Positions 9,785 through 18,927 of a DNA stretch of 64,000 nt are shown here, in pieces. Numbering within the stretch: the stretch's first letter is position 1; the number at the start of each line of letters is the position of its first letter. The position numbers and the translations under genes are program-made. The stretch lies in contig CAIMEL010000004.1 of assembly GCA_903840015.1 (NCBI GenBank), positions 97,452 through 161,451 on the forward strand, read 5' to 3'. This DNA comes from an uncultured bacterium. Lineage in GTDB: Bacteria > Patescibacteriota > Dojkabacteria > SC72. Below the pieces are notes generated by a model that worked only from the letters and a program-made list of their open reading frames with translations, searched no databases and was not told the origin of the DNA.

Positions 9785-10457
9785 AGATACACACCCACTC
9801 TCCGTGTGGAGAATCTTTCAAATTATCTTCAAGCAACTGATCTCTAACTCCGGATATACTACCAAAATAGTGCTTCTCTCTTAGCTTGGAAATATCTCTT
9901 GCTAAGAAACAAGTAACATCTGGTGAAATAGTTTCAACAAGTTCCAACAAATCAAATAATCTATTTGGTGATTCATACACAACCAATGTGCTACCTAAAG
10001 ACAGATATTTTTCTAAAAGTTTAGTCTTTTTACTTGAGGTCTTAGGAAGAAATCCGAGAAAACAGAATTTGTCTGTAGGTAAACCGGAAACAGATAATGC
10101 AGCTACTATGGCAGAGGGGCCTGGAATTGGTATAACCTCATACTCTTGTGCTCTAAGTTCAGCGACCAACCTGTATCCAGGGTCAGATATCAGGGGAGTA
10201 CCGCAATCTGAAATGAGAGCAAGATCCAAACCCATATTCAATTTCTCAAGTATTTTAGCCATCATCATACTATGATTCTGATCTCTGTAAGAAACTAATG
10301 TAGAGGGGATATCGTATCTATCCAATAGTTTTCGTGATTCTCTAGTATCTTCAGCAAGAATGAAAGGGACTTTCTTTAAAGTTTCAACAGCACGCATCGT
10401 AATATCTTCCAGATTACCGATTGGAGTAGCAACTACATAGAGTTTTCCTTTATTCAT
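9768..10457 (-). CDS. rsmI: 16S rRNA C1402 2'-O-methyltransferase
   Basis: LYVVATPIGNLEDIT, AEDTR, SDCGTPLISDPG, PIPGPSA, YESPNR. Confidence 0.96.
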   Translation of the reverse strand: MNKGKLYVVATPIGNLEDITMRAVETLKKVPFILAEDTRESRKLLDRYDIPSTLVSYRDQNHSMMMAKILEKLNMGLDLALISDCGTPLISDPGYRLVAELRAQEYEVIPIPGPSAIVAALSVSGLPTDKFCFLGFLPKTSSKKTKLLEKYLSLGSTLVVYESPNRLFDLLELVETISPDVTCFLARDISKLREKHYFGSISGVRDQLLEDNLKDSPHGEWVCIFNSAE

Positions 10458-11148
10458 CTTTGATATCATCTAAATTTAAAACACATTCCATTAAATCTAC
10501 TTTGTCTAGATCTTTTGAATTAACTGCTGAATTTACAGAAAACTTCCCAATCTGTTCCCTCCTCAGGGAAATTGCTGTTGCATAGCTATTTAGTTTCTTG
10601 CCTAAATCATCTATCAAAGTTCTAATGTAGGTACCTGTTGAACATCTAGCATGAAATGTAACTAAAGGCCAATCATATTTTAAGATTTGAAATTCACCGA
10701 TATTGATATCCTTCTTTTCTAAAATGACTTCCTTTCCCTCTCTAGCAAGAGTATATGCTTTTTGGCCATTGATCTTCTTTGCAGAGTAACTCGGTGGGAG
10801 CTGTGAGATTTTCCCTTTGAAATAATTCTCTATGACAGCTTCTATTTCAGATTGTGGGATGGGAGTTGAGGTCTCTGCTTTGGAAATTTTTGTTCCTGTA
10901 GAATCCTGTGTATCTGTAGCATATCCGAATTCACCTGTCACTATATATACTTTTTCCTCTTGATGAAACTTTTCCATTAATTTAGTTCCTCTACCAAGTA
11001 AAACTATTAAGAGTCCAGTGGCAAAGGGATCTAGAGTACCTGCATGACCGATTTTTTGTCCTTTGGGTAATATCTTTTTCAGTTTTCTAATTACATCATA
11101 TGATGTAATACCTTCCTCCTTGTCTATTAGCAAGATTCCATCTATCAT
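10450..11148 (-). CDS. truB: tRNA pseudouridine(55) synthase (short form)
   Basis: DKEEGITSYD, GHAGTLDPFATG, PPSYSAKK, CSTGTYIR. Confidence 0.96.
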   Translation of the reverse strand: MIDGILLIDKEEGITSYDVIRKLKKILPKGQKIGHAGTLDPFATGLLIVLLGRGTKLMEKFHQEEKVYIVTGEFGYATDTQDSTGTKISKAETSTPIPQSEIEAVIENYFKGKISQLPPSYSAKKINGQKAYTLAREGKEVILEKKDINIGEFQILKYDWPLVTFHARCSTGTYIRTLIDDLGKKLNSYATAISLRREQIGKFSVNSAVNSKDLDKVDLMECVLNLDDIKDE

Positions 11149-11186
11149 ATACTGTAAATTAATATTATCATTGATATGATACCACA

Positions 11187-11723
11187 ATGTTAAACGGCAT
11201 TACCTTAGCAATTGTTATGATATTGATTCTACTTACTGCAGGTTTTGTTCTAACCGTTCTCATTAGTGCATTTTTAGTACCTCTGTTTAAAACTCCAAGA
11301 GATGTGTTAGAGGAGATAGTTACGATAATGGATTTAACAAAAAATGATGTTTTGGTTGATCTTGGAAGTGGAGATGGTAGATTAATATTACAAGCATATG
11401 AACAATCTAGGTGTAAATGTTTCGGGTATGATATCTCTCCTATGATGATGATACATGCAAATACAAACAAGAATTTAACTTTTCCCTTTACTAAAGATAT
11501 TGTATTCCAACCAGAAGATATCTTTAAAGTTAGTTTGAAAGATGCAACAAAGATCTATTGTTATCTTGAACCAAAGAGTTTAGATATATTGAAAACAAAA
11601 CTAAAAGAATTTGTAGAGAAGAAAGGAGAGATATTTAGTTACAAATATCCTATCGAAGGATTAAAGAACGGTAAAGAAATTATTCTCAGTAATGATGTCC
11701 CACTATATATCTACAGAGGGTAG
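11187..11723 (+). CDS. membrane-anchored class I SAM-dependent methyltransferase
   Basis: N-terminal TM; VDLGSGDGR SAM-binding motif; GYDIS. Confidence 0.85.
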   Translation: MLNGITLAIVMILILLTAGFVLTVLISAFLVPLFKTPRDVLEEIVTIMDLTKNDVLVDLGSGDGRLILQAYEQSRCKCFGYDISPMMMIHANTNKNLTFPFTKDIVFQPEDIFKVSLKDATKIYCYLEPKSLDILKTKLKEFVEKKGEIFSYKYPIEGLKNGKEIILSNDVPLYIYRG

Positions 11724-11775
11724 AAGAGGGGAATAAATGTAATACTGAGAAACAGTAAACAGAGATTCCCCTCTT
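11724..11775. terminator. inverted repeat between convergent genes
   Basis: AAGAGGGGAAT (11724-34) and ATTCCCCTCTT (11765-75), with an inner TACTG-AGAAA-CAGTA hairpin. Confidence 0.6.
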
Positions 11776-11795
11776 GGGTTCTACCGGAATGGGTA

Positions 11796-12134
11796 TTATT
11801 GCGCGAACAGGAAACTTGTTGACAGCCAAAAGGCTCCAAGCAGTGGTAGAAGAGTTAGTATAACAGCAACGATGCTGAGAAAATCTTTCTTCTCCTTCTT
11901 GGCAAGCTCCCAGAGCTCTATTGAGAAACTCAACAGAAAAACAAGGCATGTGGTGAACATAAAATTTGCATTCACGCCATCATTGACTCGTAGAACGAAA
12001 TACACAACGAGAACGATAGTATAAATAGCAAATTGAACATAGTTCAACTTCCTTTTCTGCGATACTCCTTGCACAAGGTTTATGTTGGCAAGCAAAAGCA
12101 TTGCCCCAAAGTACAGCAAATCTAATCCGTTCAT
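11796..12134 (-). CDS. hypothetical 4-TM membrane protein
   Basis: 112 aa, four hydrophobic segments, strong AAGGAG SD, own promoter. Confidence 0.75.
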   Translation of the reverse strand: MNGLDLLYFGAMLLLANINLVQGVSQKRKLNYVQFAIYTIVLVVYFVLRVNDGVNANFMFTTCLVFLLSFSIELWELAKKEKKDFLSIVAVILTLLPLLGAFWLSTSFLFAQ

Positions 12135-12308
12135 GTTATCTCCTTTTTTTGAATTTGGTAGAACCCAATATACCCTCGATTAAGAGAACATATTGGGTTA
12201 CCAAATTGAAAAGGAGTCCGGTAAAACTTTTAATGAGCAGTTTCCATATATCAATAGAAATTAATATACAGAGACACATATTATACTATAGGGCAAACAG
12301 AATCTCAA
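12135..12308 (-). promoter_or_regulatory. promoter plus structured 5' leader with boxA-like motif and SD-sequestering hairpin
   Basis: TTGAGA-17-TATAAT (12308-12280); hairpin 12273-12241; TGCTCATTAAAA (12239-12228); long stem 12216-12140. Confidence 0.65.
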
Positions 12309-12336
12309 CTCACTCTTAATACTGTATAATAACAAT

Positions 12337-13536
12337 ATGGCAATCTATGAACCCTTAGCATCAAAATACAGGCCCAAAACTTTGGATGACTTTGTTGGTC
12401 AAGAACACCTAATTGGTGAAAATGGTCCTCTTCGAAAATTCATTCAAAGTGGAAAAATTCCATCTATGATCTTCTGGGGTCCTCCGGGGACAGGAAAAAC
12501 AACATTAGCATATATACTCTCTTTAAATCTGTATTACGATTTCCATAAACTTCAAGCAGTGACAAGTGGGAAAGACACTTTGAGGAAGATAATAAAGATA
12601 GCGCTTGGGAATCAACAGTATGGCAAAAAGACAATACTCTTTCTTGATGAGATACATAGGTGGAACAAAGCACAACAGGATGCTCTTTTACCATACGTAG
12701 AGAAAGGTATCATAATACTCATTGGGGCTACAACAGAAAACCCATCATTTACAGTTAATAGTGCTTTACTCTCAAGAACAAAAGTATTTGTGTTCAAACA
12801 ACAGACAGAAGAAGATATATCCAAACTCTTAAAGAGAATAGCTAAGACAGAGTATCCTGACATTAAGATAGGGAAGAAGGGTTTTGAAATGATGGCAAAT
12901 CTTTCCAATGGAGATATTCGTTCTGGATTAAATATATTGGAAATGGCTACAACCTTAGCAGAAACAACCAAATCTAAAACCCTAACAGAGGAAACCATAA
13001 AAGAAACTATCCAGAAACCTGTATACTACGACAAAACAGGAGAGGAGCATTACAATATAATCTCTGCAATACACAAATCTATGAGATCTTCAAACCCTGA
13101 TGCCGCTAGTTATTGGGTCGGCAGAATGTTAAGTGGAGGGGAAGACCCACTTTACATAGCACGAAGATTGTTAAGATTTGCTAGCGAAGATATTGGGAAC
13201 GCAGATCCACAGGCGGTAATACTAGCTAATTCTGTATATGAAGCGTGCCAGAAGATTGGTATGCCTGAGTGTGAAATATTTCTCATACAGCTAACCATAT
13301 ATCTAGCAAAAGCTCCAAAAGACAACACTGCATATGTAGTAGAGCGTTTAGTCAAAGAAGATATTGAGAAATTTGGAAATCTACCAGTACCTTTAAATAT
13401 TCGAAATGCTGAAAGCGAATTAATGAGAGAAATAGGGTATGGTAAAGGATATGAGTACGATCATGATCTACCAAGCAAAAAATCTACCCAGCAATGTTTA
13501 CCTGACAAATTGAAAAATCGTAAATATATTAATTAA
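12337..13536 (+). CDS. rarA: replication-associated recombination protein A (MgsA)
   Basis: PLASKYRP, WGPPGTGKTT, DEIHRWNKAQQD, GATTENP, ASEDIGNADP. Confidence 0.96.
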   Translation: MAIYEPLASKYRPKTLDDFVGQEHLIGENGPLRKFIQSGKIPSMIFWGPPGTGKTTLAYILSLNLYYDFHKLQAVTSGKDTLRKIIKIALGNQQYGKKTILFLDEIHRWNKAQQDALLPYVEKGIIILIGATTENPSFTVNSALLSRTKVFVFKQQTEEDISKLLKRIAKTEYPDIKIGKKGFEMMANLSNGDIRSGLNILEMATTLAETTKSKTLTEETIKETIQKPVYYDKTGEEHYNIISAIHKSMRSSNPDAASYWVGRMLSGGEDPLYIARRLLRFASEDIGNADPQAVILANSVYEACQKIGMPECEIFLIQLTIYLAKAPKDNTAYVVERLVKEDIEKFGNLPVPLNIRNAESELMREIGYGKGYEYDHDLPSKKSTQQCLPDKLKNRKYIN

Positions 13537-13587
13537 ATTTTATCCGATGGCTGGAAAGTTACAAACAATATATATATAATACAAGGA

Positions 13588-14805
13588 ATGGAAATCAAAA
13601 CAGATAAAGAAATAATTGAGAGGATACTAGAAAAAGGGGTAGAACAGATTCTCCCTTCAAAGGAGAATTTTAAAGAACTTCTTGAATCAGGTAAACAGAT
13701 AAAAATGTACCAGGGTTTCGATCCTACAGCACCAACATTACATATAGGGCACACAGCGTTGCTACACAAGTTGGAAGATTTTAGAAAGCTTGGCCACAAG
13801 GTCTACATTGTCATCGGTGATTTCACTGCAAGAATAGGAGACCCAGATAAAAAATCAACAAGAAAACCTCTAACCAAAGAGGAAGTAGAGAGTAATATGA
13901 AGGTATATCGGGCACAAATAGGCAAGATACTTGATATAGACAATAAAGAGAATCCAGTGGAGTTTAGATACAATAGTGAATGGCTTGAGAAATTAAACTT
14001 TGCCGACATATTACATCTAACTTCCAAGTACACAGTACAACAGCTATTAAAAAGAGAGATGTTCCAGTTAAGACTTAAAGAAGACCGACCTATCTACCTA
14101 CATGAGTTTATGTACCCAGTTATGCAGGGATATGATTGTGTCATGCTAGATGTAGATTTGGAATTAGGTGGTAATGATCAACTATTCAATATGCTTGCAG
14201 GTAGATACCTCATGAATGTTCTCAAAGGTAAAGAAAAATATGTTATGACAGGCAAACTCTTAGAAACTCAAGATGGCTCCAAAATGGGTAAAACAACAGG
14301 AAATATGATTAGAATGGATGACACACCAGAAGATATATATGGAAAAGTTATGGCTTTCTCTGATGATATGATATTAAAAGGATTTGAAATACTAACCTTT
14401 TCTACAATGCCAGAATTAGATGAATACAAAGAACGCCTTGAGTCTGGTGAGAACCCAATGATTCTTAAAAAAGAATTAGCCTTTATGATAACCTCCGAGA
14501 TTACTACAAAAGCGGAGGCCCTAAAAGCCCAAAACTTTTTTGAATCTATCTTTCAGAACAAAGACCAAGAAACTGAAATTCCTGAGAATGTAATCTCAAA
14601 GAAAGAGATTCCGCTAAATGAATTGCTAGTAGAAATCAAATTCGCTTCAAGCAAAGCACAAGCGAAACGACTTGTGGAGCAAGGTGCTGTAAAAATAAAT
14701 AGTGAGAAAGTATCTCAGTACAACCAAGTACTGAATATAGATAACGACCAATCACTCATATTGAAGGTTGGGAAGAATATTTGCAAGATTACATATAAAT
14801 CTTAA
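13588..14805 (+). CDS. tyrS: tyrosine--tRNA ligase
   Basis: GFDPTAPTLHIGH, GGNDQLFN, KMGKT, C-terminal S4 domain. Confidence 0.97.
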   Translation: MEIKTDKEIIERILEKGVEQILPSKENFKELLESGKQIKMYQGFDPTAPTLHIGHTALLHKLEDFRKLGHKVYIVIGDFTARIGDPDKKSTRKPLTKEEVESNMKVYRAQIGKILDIDNKENPVEFRYNSEWLEKLNFADILHLTSKYTVQQLLKREMFQLRLKEDRPIYLHEFMYPVMQGYDCVMLDVDLELGGNDQLFNMLAGRYLMNVLKGKEKYVMTGKLLETQDGSKMGKTTGNMIRMDDTPEDIYGKVMAFSDDMILKGFEILTFSTMPELDEYKERLESGENPMILKKELAFMITSEITTKAEALKAQNFFESIFQNKDQETEIPENVISKKEIPLNELLVEIKFASSKAQAKRLVEQGAVKINSEKVSQYNQVLNIDNDQSLILKVGKNICKITYKS

Positions 14806-14859
14806 CTTCGGGGGATAATATATAAAATAATTAAACCCCCGAACAATGGGGTGTTTTAA

Positions 14860-16317
14860 ATGAACCAGATAGAGAGATTAGAAAATAGAATAATAAAAAT
14901 TGCTCCAAGGAGTTTCAAGTCAGATATTCAAAATGCCATTGCATATGGGAAAACTATCTACAAAAACAGAACCAGATACAATGGAGATCCGATGATTCTT
15001 CACACACTAAGTCTTGCAATTGAATTAGAGAAACTTCATTTAGATACAATCACCATTCTTGCAAGTATATTACATGAAGTAGAAATAGATGAAGAAACAG
15101 AGAAATATATAAAAGCTCACTTTGGGGATACTGTTCTCTACATCATCCGAGAAACTAAGAGGATTAAGGATATAACGAAAGCCCAGGATACAGATCCAGA
15201 GATAATAATAAAATACATATTAAACAGTTCTTCAGATTTGAGACCAATCATTCTTAAAATAGTAGATACCTTACAAGACATTCATACAATCAAAAACATT
15301 CCAGAAGAAGATAAAAAAGACACACTTAACAGGGCCCTCAACATATATTCTACCCTTGCTGAATATTTACATTTTACAGAGATAAAGAGAGAGATTGATG
15401 AATATGCTTTCAAAGAGCTTTTGCCTCTTGAATATCAGAGTATATCTCAGAAATTAGAAGAGATGGGAATCAATGAGAACTTGTATCGAAAATATGTTAA
15501 CAAATTAAAGCAAAATACAGAGAGTATAACTCCGAAGCCAAGAATTGAAGGTAGGATAAAAAGTAAATACAGTATCTACAAGAAACTTAAGAAGTATGAG
15601 AAAGAATGGATTAACCCAAAACTGGATAGCCTAAATGACCTTTTAGCTTTTAGATTAATAGTGAAAAATGTAGAAAGCTGCTACAAAGCAGTCGAGAAAC
15701 TGATGGACTCGTCAGATTTAAATTATGATAAATTTAGTGATTACATTTCAAACCCTAAAAAGAATGGCTATATGGCTATGCATTTCACACTAGTTTTTCC
15801 TGAAATAAACAATAGGGAGATAGAGATACAAGTCTTAACGGAAGAAATGCACCATACCAACACATACGGTTCAGCTTCACATATTGCGTACAAAGCAAGC
15901 CAATCAAGATATGCAAATCCTTCAAATGAATACAGTTGGGTAAAAGATATAAATGATCGACTTGAAGATTGTAAAAATCAATCAACAAGAGAAAAAGATA
16001 TCCCTCTAAAAGTAGATATCTTTCAAGAAGATATCTTTGTTCTAACACCAAAGATGAAAATCATTCCTCTACAGAAGGGAGACACTGTGTTAGACTTCGC
16101 GTACAAACTACACACAGCAATAGGTAATAGTGCATCATCAGCTAAAGTAAATGGACAACCCAAAAGTCTAGCACATATATTGCAAACGGGGGATGTAGTA
16201 GAGATTAAAACAGATAAAAACAAACAGTGTCAGAAAGAAAAGGCACTCAATTTCTCTAACTCAGAAAGGACAAAATCAAAGATAAAGAAGTTTTTAACAA
16301 GAAGCTTAAAAAAATAA
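14860..16317 (+). CDS. RelA/SpoT family (p)ppGpp synthetase with degenerate HD domain and TGS domain
   Basis: GRIKSKYSIYKK, DLLAFR, DYISNPKKNGY, EIQV, TGS (DFAYKLHTAIG...GDVVEI); HD motif reads HE. Confidence 0.88.
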   Translation: MNQIERLENRIIKIAPRSFKSDIQNAIAYGKTIYKNRTRYNGDPMILHTLSLAIELEKLHLDTITILASILHEVEIDEETEKYIKAHFGDTVLYIIRETKRIKDITKAQDTDPEIIIKYILNSSSDLRPIILKIVDTLQDIHTIKNIPEEDKKDTLNRALNIYSTLAEYLHFTEIKREIDEYAFKELLPLEYQSISQKLEEMGINENLYRKYVNKLKQNTESITPKPRIEGRIKSKYSIYKKLKKYEKEWINPKLDSLNDLLAFRLIVKNVESCYKAVEKLMDSSDLNYDKFSDYISNPKKNGYMAMHFTLVFPEINNREIEIQVLTEEMHHTNTYGSASHIAYKASQSRYANPSNEYSWVKDINDRLEDCKNQSTREKDIPLKVDIFQEDIFVLTPKMKIIPLQKGDTVLDFAYKLHTAIGNSASSAKVNGQPKSLAHILQTGDVVEIKTDKNKQCQKEKALNFSNSERTKSKIKKFLTRSLKK

Positions 16318-16341
16318 TTCAAAAGAGATAGAATATACAGT

Positions 16342-16452
16342 ATGAAAAAAGAGACAAAGAAAAAAATTAACAACATAATAAATATAGCTATTGCTGTAAT
16401 ACTGCTAGGAAGTATAGTATTACCAATCCTGCTATCACTGTTCGTCAGATAG
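16342..16452 (+). CDS. small single-TM protein (36 aa), absent from ORF track
   Basis: MKKETKKKINNIINIAIAVILLGSIVLPILLSLFVR; TAGAAT 7 nt upstream; stop 2 nt before recG. Confidence 0.65.
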   Translation: MKKETKKKINNIINIAIAVILLGSIVLPILLSLFVR

Positions 16453-16454
16453 AC

Positions 16455-18458
16455 ATGATTCCATACAAAAAAAAGGATATCAGAGAAATAAAAGGAATAG
16501 GTGATAAACAAGCACTTCTATTTTCTAAATTAAAAATTTTTACTCTGAAGGACTTACTGTACCATATTCCCTTTAGGTATCTTGATACCTCTTCAATATC
16601 AAGTATCACTGAGTTTAAAGAGAGAGGAGAAGGAACCTTCCTAGCAAAGATAATCGATATTAAAACAACATATTTTCGTAAGACAATAACTACAGTAAAG
16701 GTAGAGGACGAAACTGATTCCCTTCGGTTGACATTCTTTAATCAAGGATATCTACAAAAAACCTTGAAGAAAGAAGATCTCTATCTTTTCAATGCGAAGA
16801 TAACTACTAAGGGAAACAGAAAAAATATCTACAATCCGAAGTTTGAAATATTTAAATATGATCCAAGTGAACAGTTGCATATTGGTAAGATGATAGGAGT
16901 ATACCCCGAAACTAAGGGTTTAACATCACGAACAATAAGGTCACGAATTAAGCATTTAGAAAAAGATATCACTGATATCCTTATGGACCCTTTAGCAAAG
17001 AATGACTTAGAGGAACTCGCAATAATTCCACTTCCCGAAGCTATCAAAAAAATACATTTTCCCAACTCAGAAGATGATATTACTTCCGCGAGAGAAAGAC
17101 TTGCTTTTGATGAGATGCTACAAATAGCGATCAGAATTGAGCAGAAACTATCGGAGAGACGCAAACAGAAAGCAAATCCTATACATATTGAAAGTAAATA
17201 TTTAAACAAATACATTAAGGGATTACCCTTTAAGCTTACGGGTGATCAGAACCTTGCCATCGAAGAGATACTTGCAGATCTCTCCAGAGATATCCCTATG
17301 AATAGGCTTCTCAATGGAGATGTAGGTAGTGGTAAAACTGTAGTAGCTTCAATAGCCATATTGAATAGTATAAAAAATGGATATTCTTGCATACTTCTCG
17401 CCCCTACAACTGTCTTAGCAAAACAACATTACGATACATTCAAGAAACTTTTCCAAGGAGAAAGAATTTCAATTGAATTATGTATTTCCTCAGAAAAAAC
17501 CATTAGTCAAGCGAATAACAAACTAATCATAGGCACACATGCGGTTTTAGAAGAAAAAATACTACCTAAAGACCTAAATCTTGTCATTATCGATGAACAA
17601 CATAGATTTGGGGTAGAACAGAGAGAATATTTCAAAAAAGATACCATTACCTCCCCTCATTACCTAACAATGACAGCAACCCCAATACCAAGAACATTAA
17701 CAGAGATATTCTTTGGGAGTATGGATGTATCTGAGATTAAAGAAAAACCAGCCGAGCGTAAAGTTGTTAAAACATTCTTTACTCCTCTAACAAAAAGAAA
17801 CAGCTGTTTAGAATGGACACGAGAAAAAATTTTGGAAAGTCAAAAAAGTGAACAGGCGTTCATCATATACCCCTTGATTGAGGAATCTGAATTAAGTTCC
17901 TCCAAATCCATTTTGAATGAATTTGAGAAATTAAGAGAAATATTCAAAGGATTAAAGATAGAGTATTTACATGGGAGATTAAAACCAGAATTAAAAGATG
18001 ATATTTTGAACAAATTTAGAAAGAAAGAAATTGATGTCTTAGTTTCGACAACAGTCATAGAGGTAGGTATAGATATTCCAGATGCTACCATTATGATAAT
18101 TGAGGATGCCGAGAGGTTTGGATTGGCACAACTCCACCAGTTGAGAGGCAGAGTAGGGAGAAGTAACAAAGAATCGTTCTGCTTTGTCATAGCAGGAGAA
18201 TCTGTAGAGAAGGATTCAGAGGCTGAGAAAAGATTAATTTACTTCTCAAAAAACAGTAGTGGCTTTGATGTTGCAGAGTATGATCTAAAACACCGAGGGC
18301 CAGGGGAGGTATATGGTACTGCACAATCAGGTATTCCAAACTTCAAAGTCGCAAATCTTTTTGATACAAAACTCCTGAAGAAAACGAGGCTGTTTGCAAA
18401 AAAGCTTCTTAAGGAAGATAATGATCCGAAAGATATATTAGAGAATCTCTTTAGATGA
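16455..18458 (+). CDS. recG: ATP-dependent DNA helicase RecG
   Basis: RLLNGDVGSGKT, IDEQHRFGV, MTATPIPR, AERFGLAQLHQLRGRVGR. Confidence 0.97.
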   Translation: MIPYKKKDIREIKGIGDKQALLFSKLKIFTLKDLLYHIPFRYLDTSSISSITEFKERGEGTFLAKIIDIKTTYFRKTITTVKVEDETDSLRLTFFNQGYLQKTLKKEDLYLFNAKITTKGNRKNIYNPKFEIFKYDPSEQLHIGKMIGVYPETKGLTSRTIRSRIKHLEKDITDILMDPLAKNDLEELAIIPLPEAIKKIHFPNSEDDITSARERLAFDEMLQIAIRIEQKLSERRKQKANPIHIESKYLNKYIKGLPFKLTGDQNLAIEEILADLSRDIPMNRLLNGDVGSGKTVVASIAILNSIKNGYSCILLAPTTVLAKQHYDTFKKLFQGERISIELCISSEKTISQANNKLIIGTHAVLEEKILPKDLNLVIIDEQHRFGVEQREYFKKDTITSPHYLTMTATPIPRTLTEIFFGSMDVSEIKEKPAERKVVKTFFTPLTKRNSCLEWTREKILESQKSEQAFIIYPLIEESELSSSKSILNEFEKLREIFKGLKIEYLHGRLKPELKDDILNKFRKKEIDVLVSTTVIEVGIDIPDATIMIIEDAERFGLAQLHQLRGRVGRSNKESFCFVIAGESVEKDSEAEKRLIYFSKNSSGFDVAEYDLKHRGPGEVYGTAQSGIPNFKVANLFDTKLLKKTRLFAKKLLKEDNDPKDILENLFR

Positions 18459-18907
18459 AGATACATATAGTGCTAGATAATATAAGATCAGTTTTTAATG
18501 TAGGCAGTATATTTAGATCTGCCGATGGTGCAGGTAGTGTAGAGAAAATATACCTGTGTGGAATAACATCTCCCATTGATAATCCCAAATTAGAAAAAAC
18601 AGCATTGGGAGCGACAGAGATGGTTGATTCCGAACATTACGATACAACAGAGGAGGCAATAGAAGAGCTACGCTCAAGAAATATACCAATATACTCTGTG
18701 GAATTAACTGAGAAAGCTCAGAATTTCCAATCAATTAAATATCCCAATGAACTAGCTATTGTATTTGGTCATGAGAAGAAAGGTGTAGAAGAAGATATAC
18801 TAAAGGAGAGTGATAATCATATTATGATTCCAATGAGAGGGAAGAAAGAATCTCTTAATGTCGCAAATTGTGCAAGTATAATTCTTTACGAATTAACAAG
18901 AGAGTAG
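18455..18907 (+). CDS. TrmH/SpoU family RNA methyltransferase
   Basis: LDNIRSVFNVGSIFR, FGHEKKG, IPMRGKKESLNVA SPOUT motifs. Confidence 0.92.
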   Translation: MKIHIVLDNIRSVFNVGSIFRSADGAGSVEKIYLCGITSPIDNPKLEKTALGATEMVDSEHYDTTEEAIEELRSRNIPIYSVELTEKAQNFQSIKYPNELAIVFGHEKKGVEEDILKESDNHIMIPMRGKKESLNVANCASIILYELTRE

Positions 18908-18927
18908 AATCTGCTAGAATATATCAT

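Noticed and set aside
11720-12310. tmRNA, RNase P, SRP or tRNA gene
   Set aside because: No diagnostic motifs recognised, and the region encloses an ORF with an SD
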